DNA from: a virus
Length of the DNA stretch: 64,000 nucleotides
Strand: one strand, 5' to 3'
IMG/VR virus record: IMGVR_UViG_3300025892_002268
Location: 1-64,000 of that record
Shown piece by piece: positions 48,326 to 58,843 of the stretch. Made by a program: the position numbers and the translations under genes. Position 1 is the first letter of the stretch. The number at the start of each line of letters is the position of its first letter. The notes under the pieces were generated by a model, which searched no databases, was not told the origin of the DNA, and saw only the letters and a list, made by a program, of their open reading frames with translations.

Positions 48326-49249
48326 ATGAAATTTGGATCTACAGACATTTCGCAACACTATGTTGGTTCATCGTTAGTTCCACGTATTTATAACTGTGAA
48401 GATACTAGTTATATACTAAACGAAACCGCCTTTGATGCAGATGTTTTAATCATTGGTGGTGGTGGAGGTGGTGCTACTTCACTTGGAGGTGGTGGTGGTG
48501 GTGCTGGTGGGTATAGAACATTTACTAAAAAATATTACACTGGAACAAACTATACCGTAACCGTTGGTGCTGGTGGATCAGCTAATTCTACGGGAAGCGA
48601 TTCTTCAATAGAAAGAATTGGCTCAGGCGGTGGAGCTGGTGGCACAACAACCGGCGGCAACGGTGGTTCGGGTGGTGGAGGACAGGGTTTTAGCTCTTTT
48701 TCTGGTGGATCGTCCACATCGCCAAGATGCAACGGTTCTGCACAAGGTAATGGTGGAAGCGGAGGGAACGGCACATTTGCCCAAGGTGGTGGAGGAGGTG
48801 GCGCTTCTACTGCTGCTTCTGGTGCTGGCAATGGAGGCAATGGAACAGCTAGTTCAATTACAGGATCTAGCATAACAAGAGCTGGCGGTGGAGGCGGTGG
48901 AGACACAACTGCTGGGTTTGGATTTGGTAGTCCTAGTCCCGGTTCTGGAGGTTCTGGTGGAGGTGGCAATGGTGGTTCTGGCAATACTTCTGGTAATGCA
49001 TCACTAGCCGCTGGAGCAAACGCTACGGCAAATACAGGATCTGGAGGAGGAGGAGGTGCTTACTACAAAGACGGCGGTAGCAACAGCAGTGGTGCTGGAG
49101 GTAATGGTGGTTCTGGATTTGTTGTTTTAAAATACCCCAACACAAAAACAATTACCGTTGGAGCTGGATTAACTTCATCCACAATTACAGCTGGAGATTA
49201 TAAAATCACACAAATTACAGCTGGCACAGATACAATAAGTTTCTCATAA
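48326..49249 (+). CDS. glycine-rich virion protein
   Basis: GGGGG repeats, NTGSGGGG, GGSG.VVLKYP. Confidence 0.75.
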   Translation: MKFGSTDISQHYVGSSLVPRIYNCEDTSYILNETAFDADVLIIGGGGGGATSLGGGGGGAGGYRTFTKKYYTGTNYTVTVGAGGSANSTGSDSSIERIGSGGGAGGTTTGGNGGSGGGGQGFSSFSGGSSTSPRCNGSAQGNGGSGGNGTFAQGGGGGGASTAASGAGNGGNGTASSITGSSITRAGGGGGGDTTAGFGFGSPSPGSGGSGGGGNGGSGNTSGNASLAAGANATANTGSGGGGGAYYKDGGSNSSGAGGNGGSGFVVLKYPNTKTITVGAGLTSSTITAGDYKITQITAGTDTISFS

Positions 49250-49258
49250 GGATATAAC

Positions 49259-49642
49259 ATGGCACATTACGCTTTACTGGATGAAAACAACATTGTCACA
49301 CAAGTCATCACTGGAATAGACGAAGGTGGTGATACTGATTGGGAAGCATACTACGCTGATAAAACAGGACAAACTTGCAAACGAACATCTTATAATACAA
49401 AATTTGGTATTCACACAGAAGGTGGTACTCCCTTTAGAAAAAACTATGCTGGCATTGGATATTTATATAATCAAGAAAAAAATGCATTTATTCCTCCAAA
49501 GCCGTATAATAGTTGGGTTCTTGTAGAGGACTCATGCGATTGGAAAGCTCCCGTTCCCATGCCAACAGAACCGTTAGCGGAAAACGAATTTTATGTTTGG
49601 AACGAACAAACAACGAGTTGGATTATTTCTAATTTGGAATAG
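49259..49642 (+). CDS. phage tail-associated protein
   Basis: MAHYA.LDENNIV..TSYN..FRKNYAGIG..AFIPPKP..W.APVPMP. Confidence 0.7.
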   Translation: MAHYALLDENNIVTQVITGIDEGGDTDWEAYYADKTGQTCKRTSYNTKFGIHTEGGTPFRKNYAGIGYLYNQEKNAFIPPKPYNSWVLVEDSCDWKAPVPMPTEPLAENEFYVWNEQTTSWIISNLE

Positions 49643-49758
49643 AAAATATCATGCCACCAATTTACTTAGGAGACGTACCCGTAATAGTGTATAAAGGAGA
49701 GGTGGCTATAACACCAAATATAGCTCCAGCTTACATAACTTAAAACAAGGAGAATTAA

Positions 49759-50001
49759 ATGGCAATCGTATCAACAACAGACGTAGTAACAAATCCAGAC
49801 ACTAGTAGAGAAGTTGCTAGAAATGCAAGTGTAGTATGCACATGCTTTCCCACGGGAGAATCTTTTACTGTGAATACAAATACAGATAGTAATTTTGTAA
49901 ACTTCGACACAAGCTTAACCTATGCAGCACTTGAAACGTTATATACTGCAAGGTTTGACGACATTGCTTATTACAATGCTGTTGATGGGGGTACTCCATG
50001 A
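49759..50001 (+). CDS. hypothetical virion protein
   Basis: AAGGAG RBS. Confidence 0.5.
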   Translation: MAIVSTTDVVTNPDTSREVARNASVVCTCFPTGESFTVNTNTDSNFVNFDTSLTYAALETLYTARFDDIAYYNAVDGGTP

Positions 50002-50372
50002 AAAGAATTCTGGAAGTTGCTTTCATTATAATTGTGGGTTTAATTTTAATTAATACACAAAATGTTATTAAAGATAGTAACCCTTGGTCAAATGGTTTTG
50101 ATAATAATTTTAGTTGTAATACTGATGCTATAACTAAAATGTATGCAGGGTATGTAGAGCAATGGAAAAAAGATATTGCTTATTCATTTGACGAAGCAGA
50201 AAAAGAAATATATGGATCAAAGCCTATTCCTGACATTGTGGGTCCAGACCCCGACCCAAAGAAATGCATATGTAAAGGAAGTGGAGTTATAAAACAAGGA
50301 GATGGTCATACAACACCTTGTCCTTATCATGGAAGTAAATATATTAGACCTCTCATCATACTGGAGAATTAA
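49998..50372 (+). CDS. membrane-anchored hypothetical protein with C-terminal Cys/His cluster
   Basis: TM + CICKG..DGH..CPYH. Confidence 0.5.
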   Translation: MKRILEVAFIIIVGLILINTQNVIKDSNPWSNGFDNNFSCNTDAITKMYAGYVEQWKKDIAYSFDEAEKEIYGSKPIPDIVGPDPDPKKCICKGSGVIKQGDGHTTPCPYHGSKYIRPLIILEN

Positions 50373-50648
50373 ATGGAAATTGATACAGAAACTTTATTAA
50401 GAATTTTTGCAATAGTTATTGCTGGCTCGTTATTAGTTTCAGGTTTTAACTTATCAAAGCCTTTAGATTATATAAAAAATTTATTTAAGAGAAGAACTCC
50501 TGTTACACCAGACTCAAATAGCGAAGTGTCTTTCTTGCAAATAGTAGATTCTTGGCACACTTTAAGAAGTCAGTGTGAACAATATGGATTAAGAGATGCC
50601 GTAGAAAAAATTGACGAGGTATTTCCTCTATTAAACACGGAGGACTAA
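50373..50648 (+). CDS. hypothetical membrane protein
   Basis: N-terminal TM. Confidence 0.5.
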   Translation: MEIDTETLLRIFAIVIAGSLLVSGFNLSKPLDYIKNLFKRRTPVTPDSNSEVSFLQIVDSWHTLRSQCEQYGLRDAVEKIDEVFPLLNTED

Positions 50649-50650
50649 TA

Positions 50651-51112
50651 ATGAAAAAGAACTTTATTGCTATAGTATTGTTGCTATACGCTGTTTTTGG
50701 TGGCGGTACGCTTGACTTATTAGATAAACCTATCCCAAAACCAGAACCAGAAGCTAAGATATTAAATATAGATAAGCCCAGCGAAGATGTAATAGATAGA
50801 GTTAAAATATTCTCTAGTCTCATTACAGAGCCAAGCGACAGAGCTAAAATTGCTATTTTTAATTATCAGTTTGCAGAAAGAGTATTAGGATATGAAACTA
50901 CAAATCAACAAGTAAATGATGTATATTCGTTAGCTGGTAAAACTTTCTTCAAACAAGATCTAGTAAATAAATATGATGGTTTAGCTGAAAAGATTGTAGA
51001 ACTGTTAGAAGAAATTCTATCTGAAGATAATGCAGTAGTTTCTCAAGAGCAAAAACAAAAACTGAATGAATATTTTATGGGTGTGTCTTGGGTTTTAATT
51101 CAAAAGGATTAG
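50651..51112 (+). CDS. hypothetical exported protein
   Basis: signal-like N-terminus, Pro-rich linker. Confidence 0.5.
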   Translation: MKKNFIAIVLLLYAVFGGGTLDLLDKPIPKPEPEAKILNIDKPSEDVIDRVKIFSSLITEPSDRAKIAIFNYQFAERVLGYETTNQQVNDVYSLAGKTFFKQDLVNKYDGLAEKIVELLEEILSEDNAVVSQEQKQKLNEYFMGVSWVLIQKD

Positions 51113-51115
51113 ATT

Positions 51116-51748
51116 ATGTCGCCAAAAGAAATTAGTGAAGTGTTGTTTAAAATTTTTAGTGATGAAGGTTTTGCAGTAAATGGAATCAAAGTTAAATCTG
51201 AAAGTCCTTTGACTGCAAATATCAATAGCGAAAACGGTCGAACCACTATTAGCTTTGGAAATAATTTTCCTAGAGCAGAAATAACTAAGATCATTACTCT
51301 CTATGCATATATAGAAGAATTAATTTTTGAAAAAGAAGGTGGTACTATTAGACTGAGGAACTTTCCAGACATTAGTTTTGGATACGGTAAGTCTTTACTG
51401 AGAGAGTTTTTAGATCATATAACTTTTGCAGGCCAAAATGATTTTGCTGATTGTATAGAACAAAAATACTCAGACCCAACAAAAAGAAAAATCGCTACAG
51501 ACTGCTTGCAATATGCTAACGAATGGGCTACAATAGTGAGTCAATCTGGAGGGTTTTGTGGAATAAACTCGTCAGATAAAATTGCTCTTAAAAAACAATG
51601 CCAAGACTTTGTTGTAGATAATGTCAGAAGGAACGCAAGAGAGAAAAAATATGGGTCCGTAGTATTGACGTATCTCTTAGTATTTATTATAATTCCAGCA
51701 GTTGCCAGATTTATTATTGTAAAGTTGCTTGACAAATATTTTGATTAA
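51116..51748 (+). CDS. hypothetical protein with C-terminal TM
   Basis: ORF with C-terminal hydrophobic segment. Confidence 0.5.
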   Translation: MSPKEISEVLFKIFSDEGFAVNGIKVKSESPLTANINSENGRTTISFGNNFPRAEITKIITLYAYIEELIFEKEGGTIRLRNFPDISFGYGKSLLREFLDHITFAGQNDFADCIEQKYSDPTKRKIATDCLQYANEWATIVSQSGGFCGINSSDKIALKKQCQDFVVDNVRRNAREKKYGSVVLTYLLVFIIIPAVARFIIVKLLDKYFD

Positions 51749-51796
51749 TTTTTACATACAATTTAATTTTACTTAAACAACATGAGGATATCGTAC

Positions 51797-54013
51797 ATGT
51801 CAATTAAATCCTTGATGAATTATACATTCGTTTCTAAATACGCAAGGTGGGATGAGAACAAAGAAAGAAGAGAGACATGGGGTGAATCAGTTGATCGAGT
51901 AAGACAGATGATGTTTGATAAGTATGTGGCTGGTAGTATACATCAACAGACGACACCTCCCCCAGTGGCAGAAATTGCAAGGTATATTGATCAAGCATAT
52001 GGAGACATGAAAAAGAAAAAGATTCTTGGTTCACAAAGAGCTTTACAATTTGGTGGACCTCCAGTGTTTAAACACAACGCTAGAATATATAACTGTATTG
52101 CTTCATATATTGACAGAACAAGATTTTTCCAAGAATGTATGTATCTATTATTATGTGGGTGTGGAACTGGCTTTTCTGTACAAAGACATCACATTGCTAA
52201 ACTACCCAACTTAATTAAAGGAAAAAATGGTCAAAAGAAATTTGTGATTAAAGATTCTATTGAGGGGTGGTCAGATGCAGTGGGCGTTCTTGTTTCTAGT
52301 TACTTCAAGGGAGATAATCTTTTCCCTGAATACAATGGTAAAACAGTTGCTTTCGACTACTCAGAAATACGTCCAGCAGGCTCTCATTTAAAGTCTAGCG
52401 GAGGAAAGGCTCCCGGCCCAGAACCTTTAAAAAAAGCCCTTACAAGCATCAAGAAGACCCTTGATGGAGCTATTAGAAATGGACAGAAGAAACTTAAACC
52501 CATTGAAGCATATGACATAGTAATGTATGCCGCCGACGCTGTAATTAGTGGCGGTGTTCGTCGTAGTGCTACAATCTGTGTGTTTTCTGCTGACGATGAG
52601 GAAATGGCAAAGGCTAAAACTGGATCGTGGTTTACTGATAACCCACAGCGTGGACGTTCTAATAATTCTGCTTTGCTTTTGCGAAACGAAACGACTAAAG
52701 AACAATTTGCTGAACTTATGCAATCTGTAAAAGAGTTTGGCGAACCCGGATTTGTGTGGTCTGACTCTACAGAATTGATCGTCAACCCCTGTGTTGAGAT
52801 TGGCATGTGGCCTGTAGACGAACAAACAGGAGAAACTGGATGGCAGGCTTGTAATCTATCGACTATTAACTGCTCTAAAGTAACAACCAAAAAAGAATTT
52901 TATGAAGCGTGTGCTTCTGCTGCAATCATTGGAACGCTACAAGCTGGATTTGCTAGCTTCCCGTATCTTGGCGAGGTTTCAGAAAGAATTATAAGCAGAG
53001 AGGCTTTATTGGGAGTGTCAATGACAGGGGTTATGGAACAACATGAAATCTGTCTTGATCCAGAAGTGCAAAAGAAGGGCGCAGAAATAGTTAAAGAAAC
53101 AAATAAGAAATTAGCTGCACTGATTGGTGTTAATCAAGCTGCACGTACTACGTGTGTTAAGCCAGAAGGAACATCAAGTTGTATTCTTGGCACATCTTCT
53201 GGCATACATCCACATCACGCCAAGAGATATATCCGTAGAGTTCAAGCAAATAAAATGGAGCCAATCTATCAACACTTTAGAAGCATCAATCCTAGAGCTT
53301 GTGAAGAATCTGTATGGTCTAACAATGACTCAGATGATGTTGTGTCGTTTTGCGTAGAAGTTCCAGATGGTGCAAAAATTAAAAATCAAGTTGGCGCTAT
53401 TGATTTACTTGAATATGTAAAGAGTACACAGCGCAACTGGGTTATCAGTGGTACAAATCCTAAGCAATGCACTCAGCCTTGGTTAACACACAATGTATCT
53501 AATACTATCAATGTTAAACCAGACGAATGGCAAGAAGTTACAAACTTTATTTATAAAAATCGTAAGTATTTCTGTGGTGTTTCTTTATTACCAATCGCTG
53601 GAGATAAAGACTACGCACAAGCTCCATTTACAACGGTGTATTTACCTAGTGAGCAGATACAACATTACGGAGACGCTGCGATGTTTGTAAGCGGCCTGAT
53701 TGAAATTGGTTTGTCTTTATATGAAGATAATCTTTGGTCTGCTTGCGATAGTCTCTTAGGCCTTGGTCAAAAAATTAAAGGCAACGGAAAGAAAGAATAT
53801 TTAGATAAGTGCCAAAAATTTGCTGACAGATATATGAACGGAGATCTAAAACAACTTACCTATTGCATGAAAGATGTGTATAACTGGAAAGAATGGCTTG
53901 ATATTAAACGAGAATACAAGGATGTTGATTATACAGTAGTGATAGAAAAAGAAAATAATGTTAATCCAGTTCAAGAGGTAGCTTGCGCTGGCGGGAAGTG
54001 TGATATAATTTAG
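51797..54013 (+). CDS. nrdJ: class II (B12-dependent) ribonucleotide reductase
   Basis: GGVRRSA, NPCVEI, CNL, VKPEGT, C-terminal CAGGKC; no beta subunit adjacent. Confidence 0.88.
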   Translation: MSIKSLMNYTFVSKYARWDENKERRETWGESVDRVRQMMFDKYVAGSIHQQTTPPPVAEIARYIDQAYGDMKKKKILGSQRALQFGGPPVFKHNARIYNCIASYIDRTRFFQECMYLLLCGCGTGFSVQRHHIAKLPNLIKGKNGQKKFVIKDSIEGWSDAVGVLVSSYFKGDNLFPEYNGKTVAFDYSEIRPAGSHLKSSGGKAPGPEPLKKALTSIKKTLDGAIRNGQKKLKPIEAYDIVMYAADAVISGGVRRSATICVFSADDEEMAKAKTGSWFTDNPQRGRSNNSALLLRNETTKEQFAELMQSVKEFGEPGFVWSDSTELIVNPCVEIGMWPVDEQTGETGWQACNLSTINCSKVTTKKEFYEACASAAIIGTLQAGFASFPYLGEVSERIISREALLGVSMTGVMEQHEICLDPEVQKKGAEIVKETNKKLAALIGVNQAARTTCVKPEGTSSCILGTSSGIHPHHAKRYIRRVQANKMEPIYQHFRSINPRACEESVWSNNDSDDVVSFCVEVPDGAKIKNQVGAIDLLEYVKSTQRNWVISGTNPKQCTQPWLTHNVSNTINVKPDEWQEVTNFIYKNRKYFCGVSLLPIAGDKDYAQAPFTTVYLPSEQIQHYGDAAMFVSGLIEIGLSLYEDNLWSACDSLLGLGQKIKGNGKKEYLDKCQKFADRYMNGDLKQLTYCMKDVYNWKEWLDIKREYKDVDYTVVIEKENNVNPVQEVACAGGKCDII

Positions 54014-54022
54014 GAGGTTCAC

Positions 54023-54451
54023 ATGATGGGATTTGTAGCTTATAAATTACTGACTGAAACTGCACAGATGCCTTTCAAGTCTCATAGAACAGATGCTGGC
54101 TTTGATTTATTTGCAGACGAAGATGCTTGGATATTTGCAAAAGAACGACAAACAATTAAAACTGGTATCTCGTTTGAGATGCCTCATAATATGGCTGGAT
54201 TAATTTGGCCCAGATCTGGGCTATCAGTTAAGAAGGGCATAGATGTACTAGCTGGAGTCGTAGACTCTGGCTACAGAGGGGAGATCATGGTTTGTTTATA
54301 CAATACTTCTGACGAAGATGTAGAAATAAAACATGGGGATAGAATCGCTCAGATTATATTCCAAGAGGTTCCCGTTATCTCTTTACTCTTAAGAGAAGAA
54401 TTGGAGACCTCACAACGAGGGAGTAATGGTTTTGGCAGCACAGGCACATAA
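54023..54451 (+). CDS. dut: dUTPase
   Basis: AGFDL, PRSGL, GVVDSGYRGE, DRIAQ, RG..GFGSTG. Confidence 0.96.
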   Translation: MMGFVAYKLLTETAQMPFKSHRTDAGFDLFADEDAWIFAKERQTIKTGISFEMPHNMAGLIWPRSGLSVKKGIDVLAGVVDSGYRGEIMVCLYNTSDEDVEIKHGDRIAQIIFQEVPVISLLLREELETSQRGSNGFGSTGT

Positions 54452-55109
54452 CAACAGAAAAAAGCGTAAAGAACAAAAAGCATGTAAACCAAACGTACTG
54501 GAGGCTAAGACTGAAAACCAAAAAATATATATAAGATCTATTATAGAAAACGATGTTATATTTTGCACAGGTCCATCTGGTAGCGGTAAATCTTTTATAC
54601 CAGCAGGATTAGCAGCTCAAAAATTACTTAGAGATGAAATAGATACAGTCATTGTTACTAGACCTCTAATTTGTACTGGTAGAGATCTTGGATCTTTACC
54701 GGGAGAGCTAAACGATAAAATAAAACCATACCTACAACCTATGGAAGAAAATTTAAAATTCTTTTTAGGCAGAGATAAGTTTGGAATGTATTTTAATCAA
54801 AGAAGAATTAAGTTTGAGCCATTAGAAACCATGAGAGGATCTACTTTTCATGACTCTATGATGATTTTAGACGAAGCTCAAAATTGCAATAGGGAACAAA
54901 TTAAGATGTTCATTACGAGAATGGGAAATCATTCTACAGTTATTATTAATGGTGATAATAAACAGACTGATATATCTAGAGATAGCGGTCTTGATTTCTG
55001 CATTGAAAGATTATCTAGTGTAGATGGTGTCGGAATTTGCAAATTAGAGTATCATGATATACAGAGGAATGGAATCATTGGCAAGATTTTATACGCACTG
55101 GAGAGTTAA
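54426..55109 (+). CDS. phoH: PhoH-like ATPase
   Basis: GPSGSGKS, LG.LPG, MRGSTF, LDEAQN, GD..Q.D. Confidence 0.93.
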   Translation: MVLAAQAHNNRKKRKEQKACKPNVLEAKTENQKIYIRSIIENDVIFCTGPSGSGKSFIPAGLAAQKLLRDEIDTVIVTRPLICTGRDLGSLPGELNDKIKPYLQPMEENLKFFLGRDKFGMYFNQRRIKFEPLETMRGSTFHDSMMILDEAQNCNREQIKMFITRMGNHSTVIINGDNKQTDISRDSGLDFCIERLSSVDGVGICKLEYHDIQRNGIIGKILYALES

Positions 55110-55507
55110 TGCTATACGATTATGAATGTGAAGCCTGCGGACATGAGATAAAAGATGTATCTCAATCTATAAAAGATGACGCTTTAACACAATGTCCTGA
55201 GTGTAATAAGAATTCTCTACAAAGAATTATATACGGAGGCATTCACGCAAGCGTTAAGCGTGGTAGTCCTACAACTATTGGACAGCTTGCTGAACAGCGC
55301 TATGAAGAAGGTAACAATACTCTGCCTGATGGAAGAGTTATTACTAAGGTTGAGTGGAACAAGTCAGACATGAGAGAGCGTCAGGAAAAAAGAGCGCACG
55401 ACAAGAAAACAAGAAAACAAGAAGAGGCAGCAAAGAAAAGTAAATTAGATAAGATTAATAAGATGAGTCCAGAACAAAAAAGAAATTATATAAGGAATGG
55501 TGAGTAA
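55109..55507 (+). CDS. FmdB-family zinc-ribbon protein
   Basis: YDYECEACGH..CPEC. Confidence 0.75.
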   Translation: MLYDYECEACGHEIKDVSQSIKDDALTQCPECNKNSLQRIIYGGIHASVKRGSPTTIGQLAEQRYEEGNNTLPDGRVITKVEWNKSDMRERQEKRAHDKKTRKQEEAAKKSKLDKINKMSPEQKRNYIRNGE

Positions 55508-55845
55508 TGAAATACATAGATAATGCTGAACAAAGCGTTGAACAAATAAAAAATAAAAGAACTATGTACGACGCAAAAGGTAATGAAACAGATAAGCAAC
55601 CACTTGCAATTGCGCATTCTTTGCAACAAAAATTTTCAGATGGTACTGAATCTAGAACATTTTATGTAAGTACGATAAACGGATTGCTTTATGATCCTTT
55701 GGGAATGGATAGTAATAAAAAAAAGAACATGAATTTTTTATTAAAACCAGTTCATCAGCAAACTTTTGACTATTACATAATGTATCTTCAGAGTAATAAT
55801 TCATTGTACCTCACTCGCGCTCAAAGGAGTTTTATAAATGGCTAA
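55507..55845 (+). CDS. hypothetical phage protein
   Basis: coupled ORF. Confidence 0.55.
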   Translation: MKYIDNAEQSVEQIKNKRTMYDAKGNETDKQPLAIAHSLQQKFSDGTESRTFYVSTINGLLYDPLGMDSNKKKNMNFLLKPVHQQTFDYYIMYLQSNNSLYLTRAQRSFING

Positions 55846-56122
55846 AATCAAAAGAGGACCACTTAGTAAAGCGGAAATATATTACATTGAGGGTAATAGA
55901 AATGAGCTGACTATTGAAGTCATAGCTGAAGACTTGACTAGATCAAAAGTCACTATTGAAAAATACTTAAAAAAGAATCCACCTAAAGGATTAACCGTTG
56001 GAGATCAATTCGCTCGACAATCTGGTGCTACGATTATGACAGAAAATGCGTCCAGCATGGCAGACGCACAAAAGACTAGTTTTGAAAGACCCACTTCTAA
56101 GTGTATAACAAATATAAAATGA
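55838..56122 (+). CDS. HTH-like hypothetical protein
   Basis: IAEDLTRS..TIEKYL. Confidence 0.5.
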   Translation: MAKIKRGPLSKAEIYYIEGNRNELTIEVIAEDLTRSKVTIEKYLKKNPPKGLTVGDQFARQSGATIMTENASSMADAQKTSFERPTSKCITNIK

Positions 56123-56553
56123 ATTATCTTTTTGGATTTGAACAATTTAGAGAAGCATACTTGCAACTGTCTGAAGAGGACAGAAGAAAAATTTGGATTT
56201 TGATTAAGACTTCTGACGGTCAAGATATTTATTTATCAGACTACAACCAGTGGTTAACAGTCGGAGATTATTGTAAAAAAATGCAAGTGACTATAGACTC
56301 CGTAAGCTTGAAATATAGCAGCAGAGAAGTAACAAAAAACACAATTGATGCTGACGGAGTGTATCTATCAAAGACGGTAAAAGGAAAAATGGGTGGAGAA
56401 ACACAACATTGCTATGGAATAGGGTACGTCAAAGATGGTTTAGTCAGTAGAACTCTTTGGACAACTCCAGAGTTAATAGAAGATATAACATTTGAAGATA
56501 AGGTAGAAGATTGCATACAAAAAGCTTTGGTTATTTATGAAAAAGAAACCTAA
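56119..56553 (+). CDS. hypothetical phage protein
   Basis: coupled ORF. Confidence 0.55.
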   Translation: MNYLFGFEQFREAYLQLSEEDRRKIWILIKTSDGQDIYLSDYNQWLTVGDYCKKMQVTIDSVSLKYSSREVTKNTIDADGVYLSKTVKGKMGGETQHCYGIGYVKDGLVSRTLWTTPELIEDITFEDKVEDCIQKALVIYEKET

Positions 56554-57061
56554 ACTATTTAATAAAAAGTATCAAAAAGAATGGTCAGAAACTCACAGAT
56601 ATAAACACCAGACAACTGGGGAATACTGTACATCTGAAGCTTTTATTGCAGAATATCTAATCCTGAGATGGACAGAAGAATTCAAGATGGAAAAACCATC
56701 ATACAAGTTCTGGACAAAGGGAGATAAATATCATAGACCTTTTATGAAGAATATGAAAGCAACTCAGAGTCTTCTAAAGAAGTATGACCCCGCAACTATT
56801 CTCGCAGCAATCAGGTCTAAGCACTTTGAAAAGATATACCACATCGGACTAAATGCTGGTGGGCCTAGAGGATGGAAATATAATCAGGTTGCAATAGAAG
56901 CCATAAAGAGGTATCATAAAGAACAGAAAGATTGTTTGAATCTACGCGAAGAGTCTTCCAAGGAAGTAGATATTCCTGAAGTTAAAGAAAAAAAGTTGAA
57001 GACGAGGACAAAACAATATTCACAGAAGAAAATTTCACTAAACAAGTTGAGGAATAAATGA
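56537..57061 (+). CDS. hypothetical basic phage protein
   Basis: coupled ORF. Confidence 0.55.
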   Translation: MKKKPKLFNKKYQKEWSETHRYKHQTTGEYCTSEAFIAEYLILRWTEEFKMEKPSYKFWTKGDKYHRPFMKNMKATQSLLKKYDPATILAAIRSKHFEKIYHIGLNAGGPRGWKYNQVAIEAIKRYHKEQKDCLNLREESSKEVDIPEVKEKKLKTRTKQYSQKKISLNKLRNK

Positions 57062-58170
57062 GCAAAGTGAAACGTAAGAAAGTTGCCAATAAATTTGACA
57101 CTGATGTAGTAAGCAATTCCGTGGTTAGTAAGTACGGCGATGTTGTTAGCACTGGTACTGAGGTGTTAGAAAATATTAACCAGTTAGAAGTAATTGGTGT
57201 ATCTCCAGCTTTAGACATTGCTCTTGGGGGTGGCTTAAGAGAAGGATCTGTTGTTGTAATGACAGGAGATCCAAAGTCAGGAAAAACAACAACAGCGCTG
57301 CACTTTGCAGCAAAGTGTCAAGCTCAAGGCAAACGTGTTATTTATCTTAATACAGAGGGTAGACTATCAAAACAAAACTTTGATGGCATCAAAGGTCTAG
57401 ATCCTGAAGGTATTCTTATCGTACAGTCTACAGATGATAAGATTTTATCAGCAGAAGAGTTTTTAAATATTACAGAATATTATATTAATAACGATCCCGG
57501 TTGTTTAATCATTGCAGATTCATTGTCAAACATGGTTCCATCAGTAGAGCTAGACGGCGAAGTTCGTACAGGTGTACGCAACGCATTGCCTCGATTACTA
57601 TCTATGTTTTTCAAGCGTATTAGTGGCTCTCTCATGAAGAACAAAACAATTCTTATTGCTGTAACCCACAACATTGCAAATACTGGTGGATCACCATACG
57701 CGCCAGCAAAGATGGCAGACTGTGGCAACATGCTACAATATCAGGCTGGTACTAATATGGTTATTACCCACCGTGGACGCTGGCAAGTTCCCAAAGATAC
57801 TGGACCTCATGTTGGTCAAATTGCCAACTGGAACATTAAAACATCTTGCGCTGGCGGCACTCCCAATAGTACGGCAGAAAGTTGGATTCGATATGGAATT
57901 GGTATTGATGAAACTCAAGAAGTTGTACAAATTGCATGTGAGTTTAGATTAATTAAAACTGCTGGAGCTTGGTACACAATACAGTGCGCACTTGATAACC
58001 TAGAAGATCCAGTAATACAAAAACTTTTAAGTGATAATAATATTTCTGACAAAGAAGAAGACATAGAAAGATTTTTTAAGTTTCAAGGTTCTAACAATAC
58101 TTTAGAGTTTTTAAATAATCATCCAGAAATGTCATCTTTTATATATAGTAAAATTAAGGAGTTATTTTAA
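57058..58170 (+). CDS. recA: RecA/UvsX-like recombinase
   Basis: LDIALGGG, GDPKSGKTT, DSL, GID, AGAWY. Confidence 0.88.
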   Translation: MSKVKRKKVANKFDTDVVSNSVVSKYGDVVSTGTEVLENINQLEVIGVSPALDIALGGGLREGSVVVMTGDPKSGKTTTALHFAAKCQAQGKRVIYLNTEGRLSKQNFDGIKGLDPEGILIVQSTDDKILSAEEFLNITEYYINNDPGCLIIADSLSNMVPSVELDGEVRTGVRNALPRLLSMFFKRISGSLMKNKTILIAVTHNIANTGGSPYAPAKMADCGNMLQYQAGTNMVITHRGRWQVPKDTGPHVGQIANWNIKTSCAGGTPNSTAESWIRYGIGIDETQEVVQIACEFRLIKTAGAWYTIQCALDNLEDPVIQKLLSDNNISDKEEDIERFFKFQGSNNTLEFLNNHPEMSSFIYSKIKELF

Positions 58171-58417
58171 TGGAAGTAGATATAACTAAGACAGAAGCTT
58201 GGAGAATGCTAGACGCACTGCAAGCTTACAAGCAAGATTATGAACTTACTGTAGCCGCATTAAAGACTATAAGAACGTCTGAGAGAAAACTTAAAAAAAT
58301 AGTTAACAGTACAAGTAAAAAATAAAACTAAAGAAAATAGTAAACTCATGAGCATATATAGCATATTAGAAATAGCTTTTGGGGTATTGACCGCAAAGCT
58401 AGCAATAGGAGTTATCA

Positions 58418-58843
58418 ATGAAGGTTACAGGTTTAAATGGCAGAGAGTACGTATGGAATTTAATAAATTATACCGTAGACGCAAACGACAAAAGGAAAAG
58501 ATCGAAGTACCATGTGCGGGCAAGGAAAGTTTTGAAACAAATTTTCCACTCTTACAGAATCTTAGAAGAAGTCAAACTACCGGGAAGTACCCAAAGCCAC
58601 CGAAAGGGTGTCCTTTTCCTCGATTTTTTGATCCCCCAAATTAAATTAGCCATAGAAGTTCATGGTCAGCAACACTATGAGTACATACCATTCTTTCACA
58701 AAAATAAAGCAGACTTTGCTATTGCAAAAGCTAAGGATGAAGATAAAATAGAGTGGTGTGAGTTGAATAAAGTTGATATAATAGTATTGAAGTATTCAGA
58801 TACAGACGAGCAATGGAGAGATCAAATTGAAAACAGCGAATGA
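58418..58843 (+). CDS. Vsr/DUF559-like endonuclease
   Basis: LDFLIP..LAIEVHGQQHY..D..K..WC. Confidence 0.75.
   Translation: MKVTGLNGREYVWNLINYTVDANDKRKRSKYHVRARKVLKQIFHSYRILEEVKLPGSTQSHRKGVLFLDFLIPQIKLAIEVHGQQHYEYIPFFHKNKADFAIAKAKDEDKIEWCELNKVDIIVLKYSDTDEQWRDQIENSE

Noticed and set aside
48550-48984. Pro-rich minus-strand ORF and other short minus-strand ORFs
   Set aside because: Antisense shadows of + strand genes (here Gly codons); the window is essentially unidirectional.
51751-51780. TTTACATACAAT half-unit upstream of nrdJ
   Set aside because: No second TTTA strand or closing stem.
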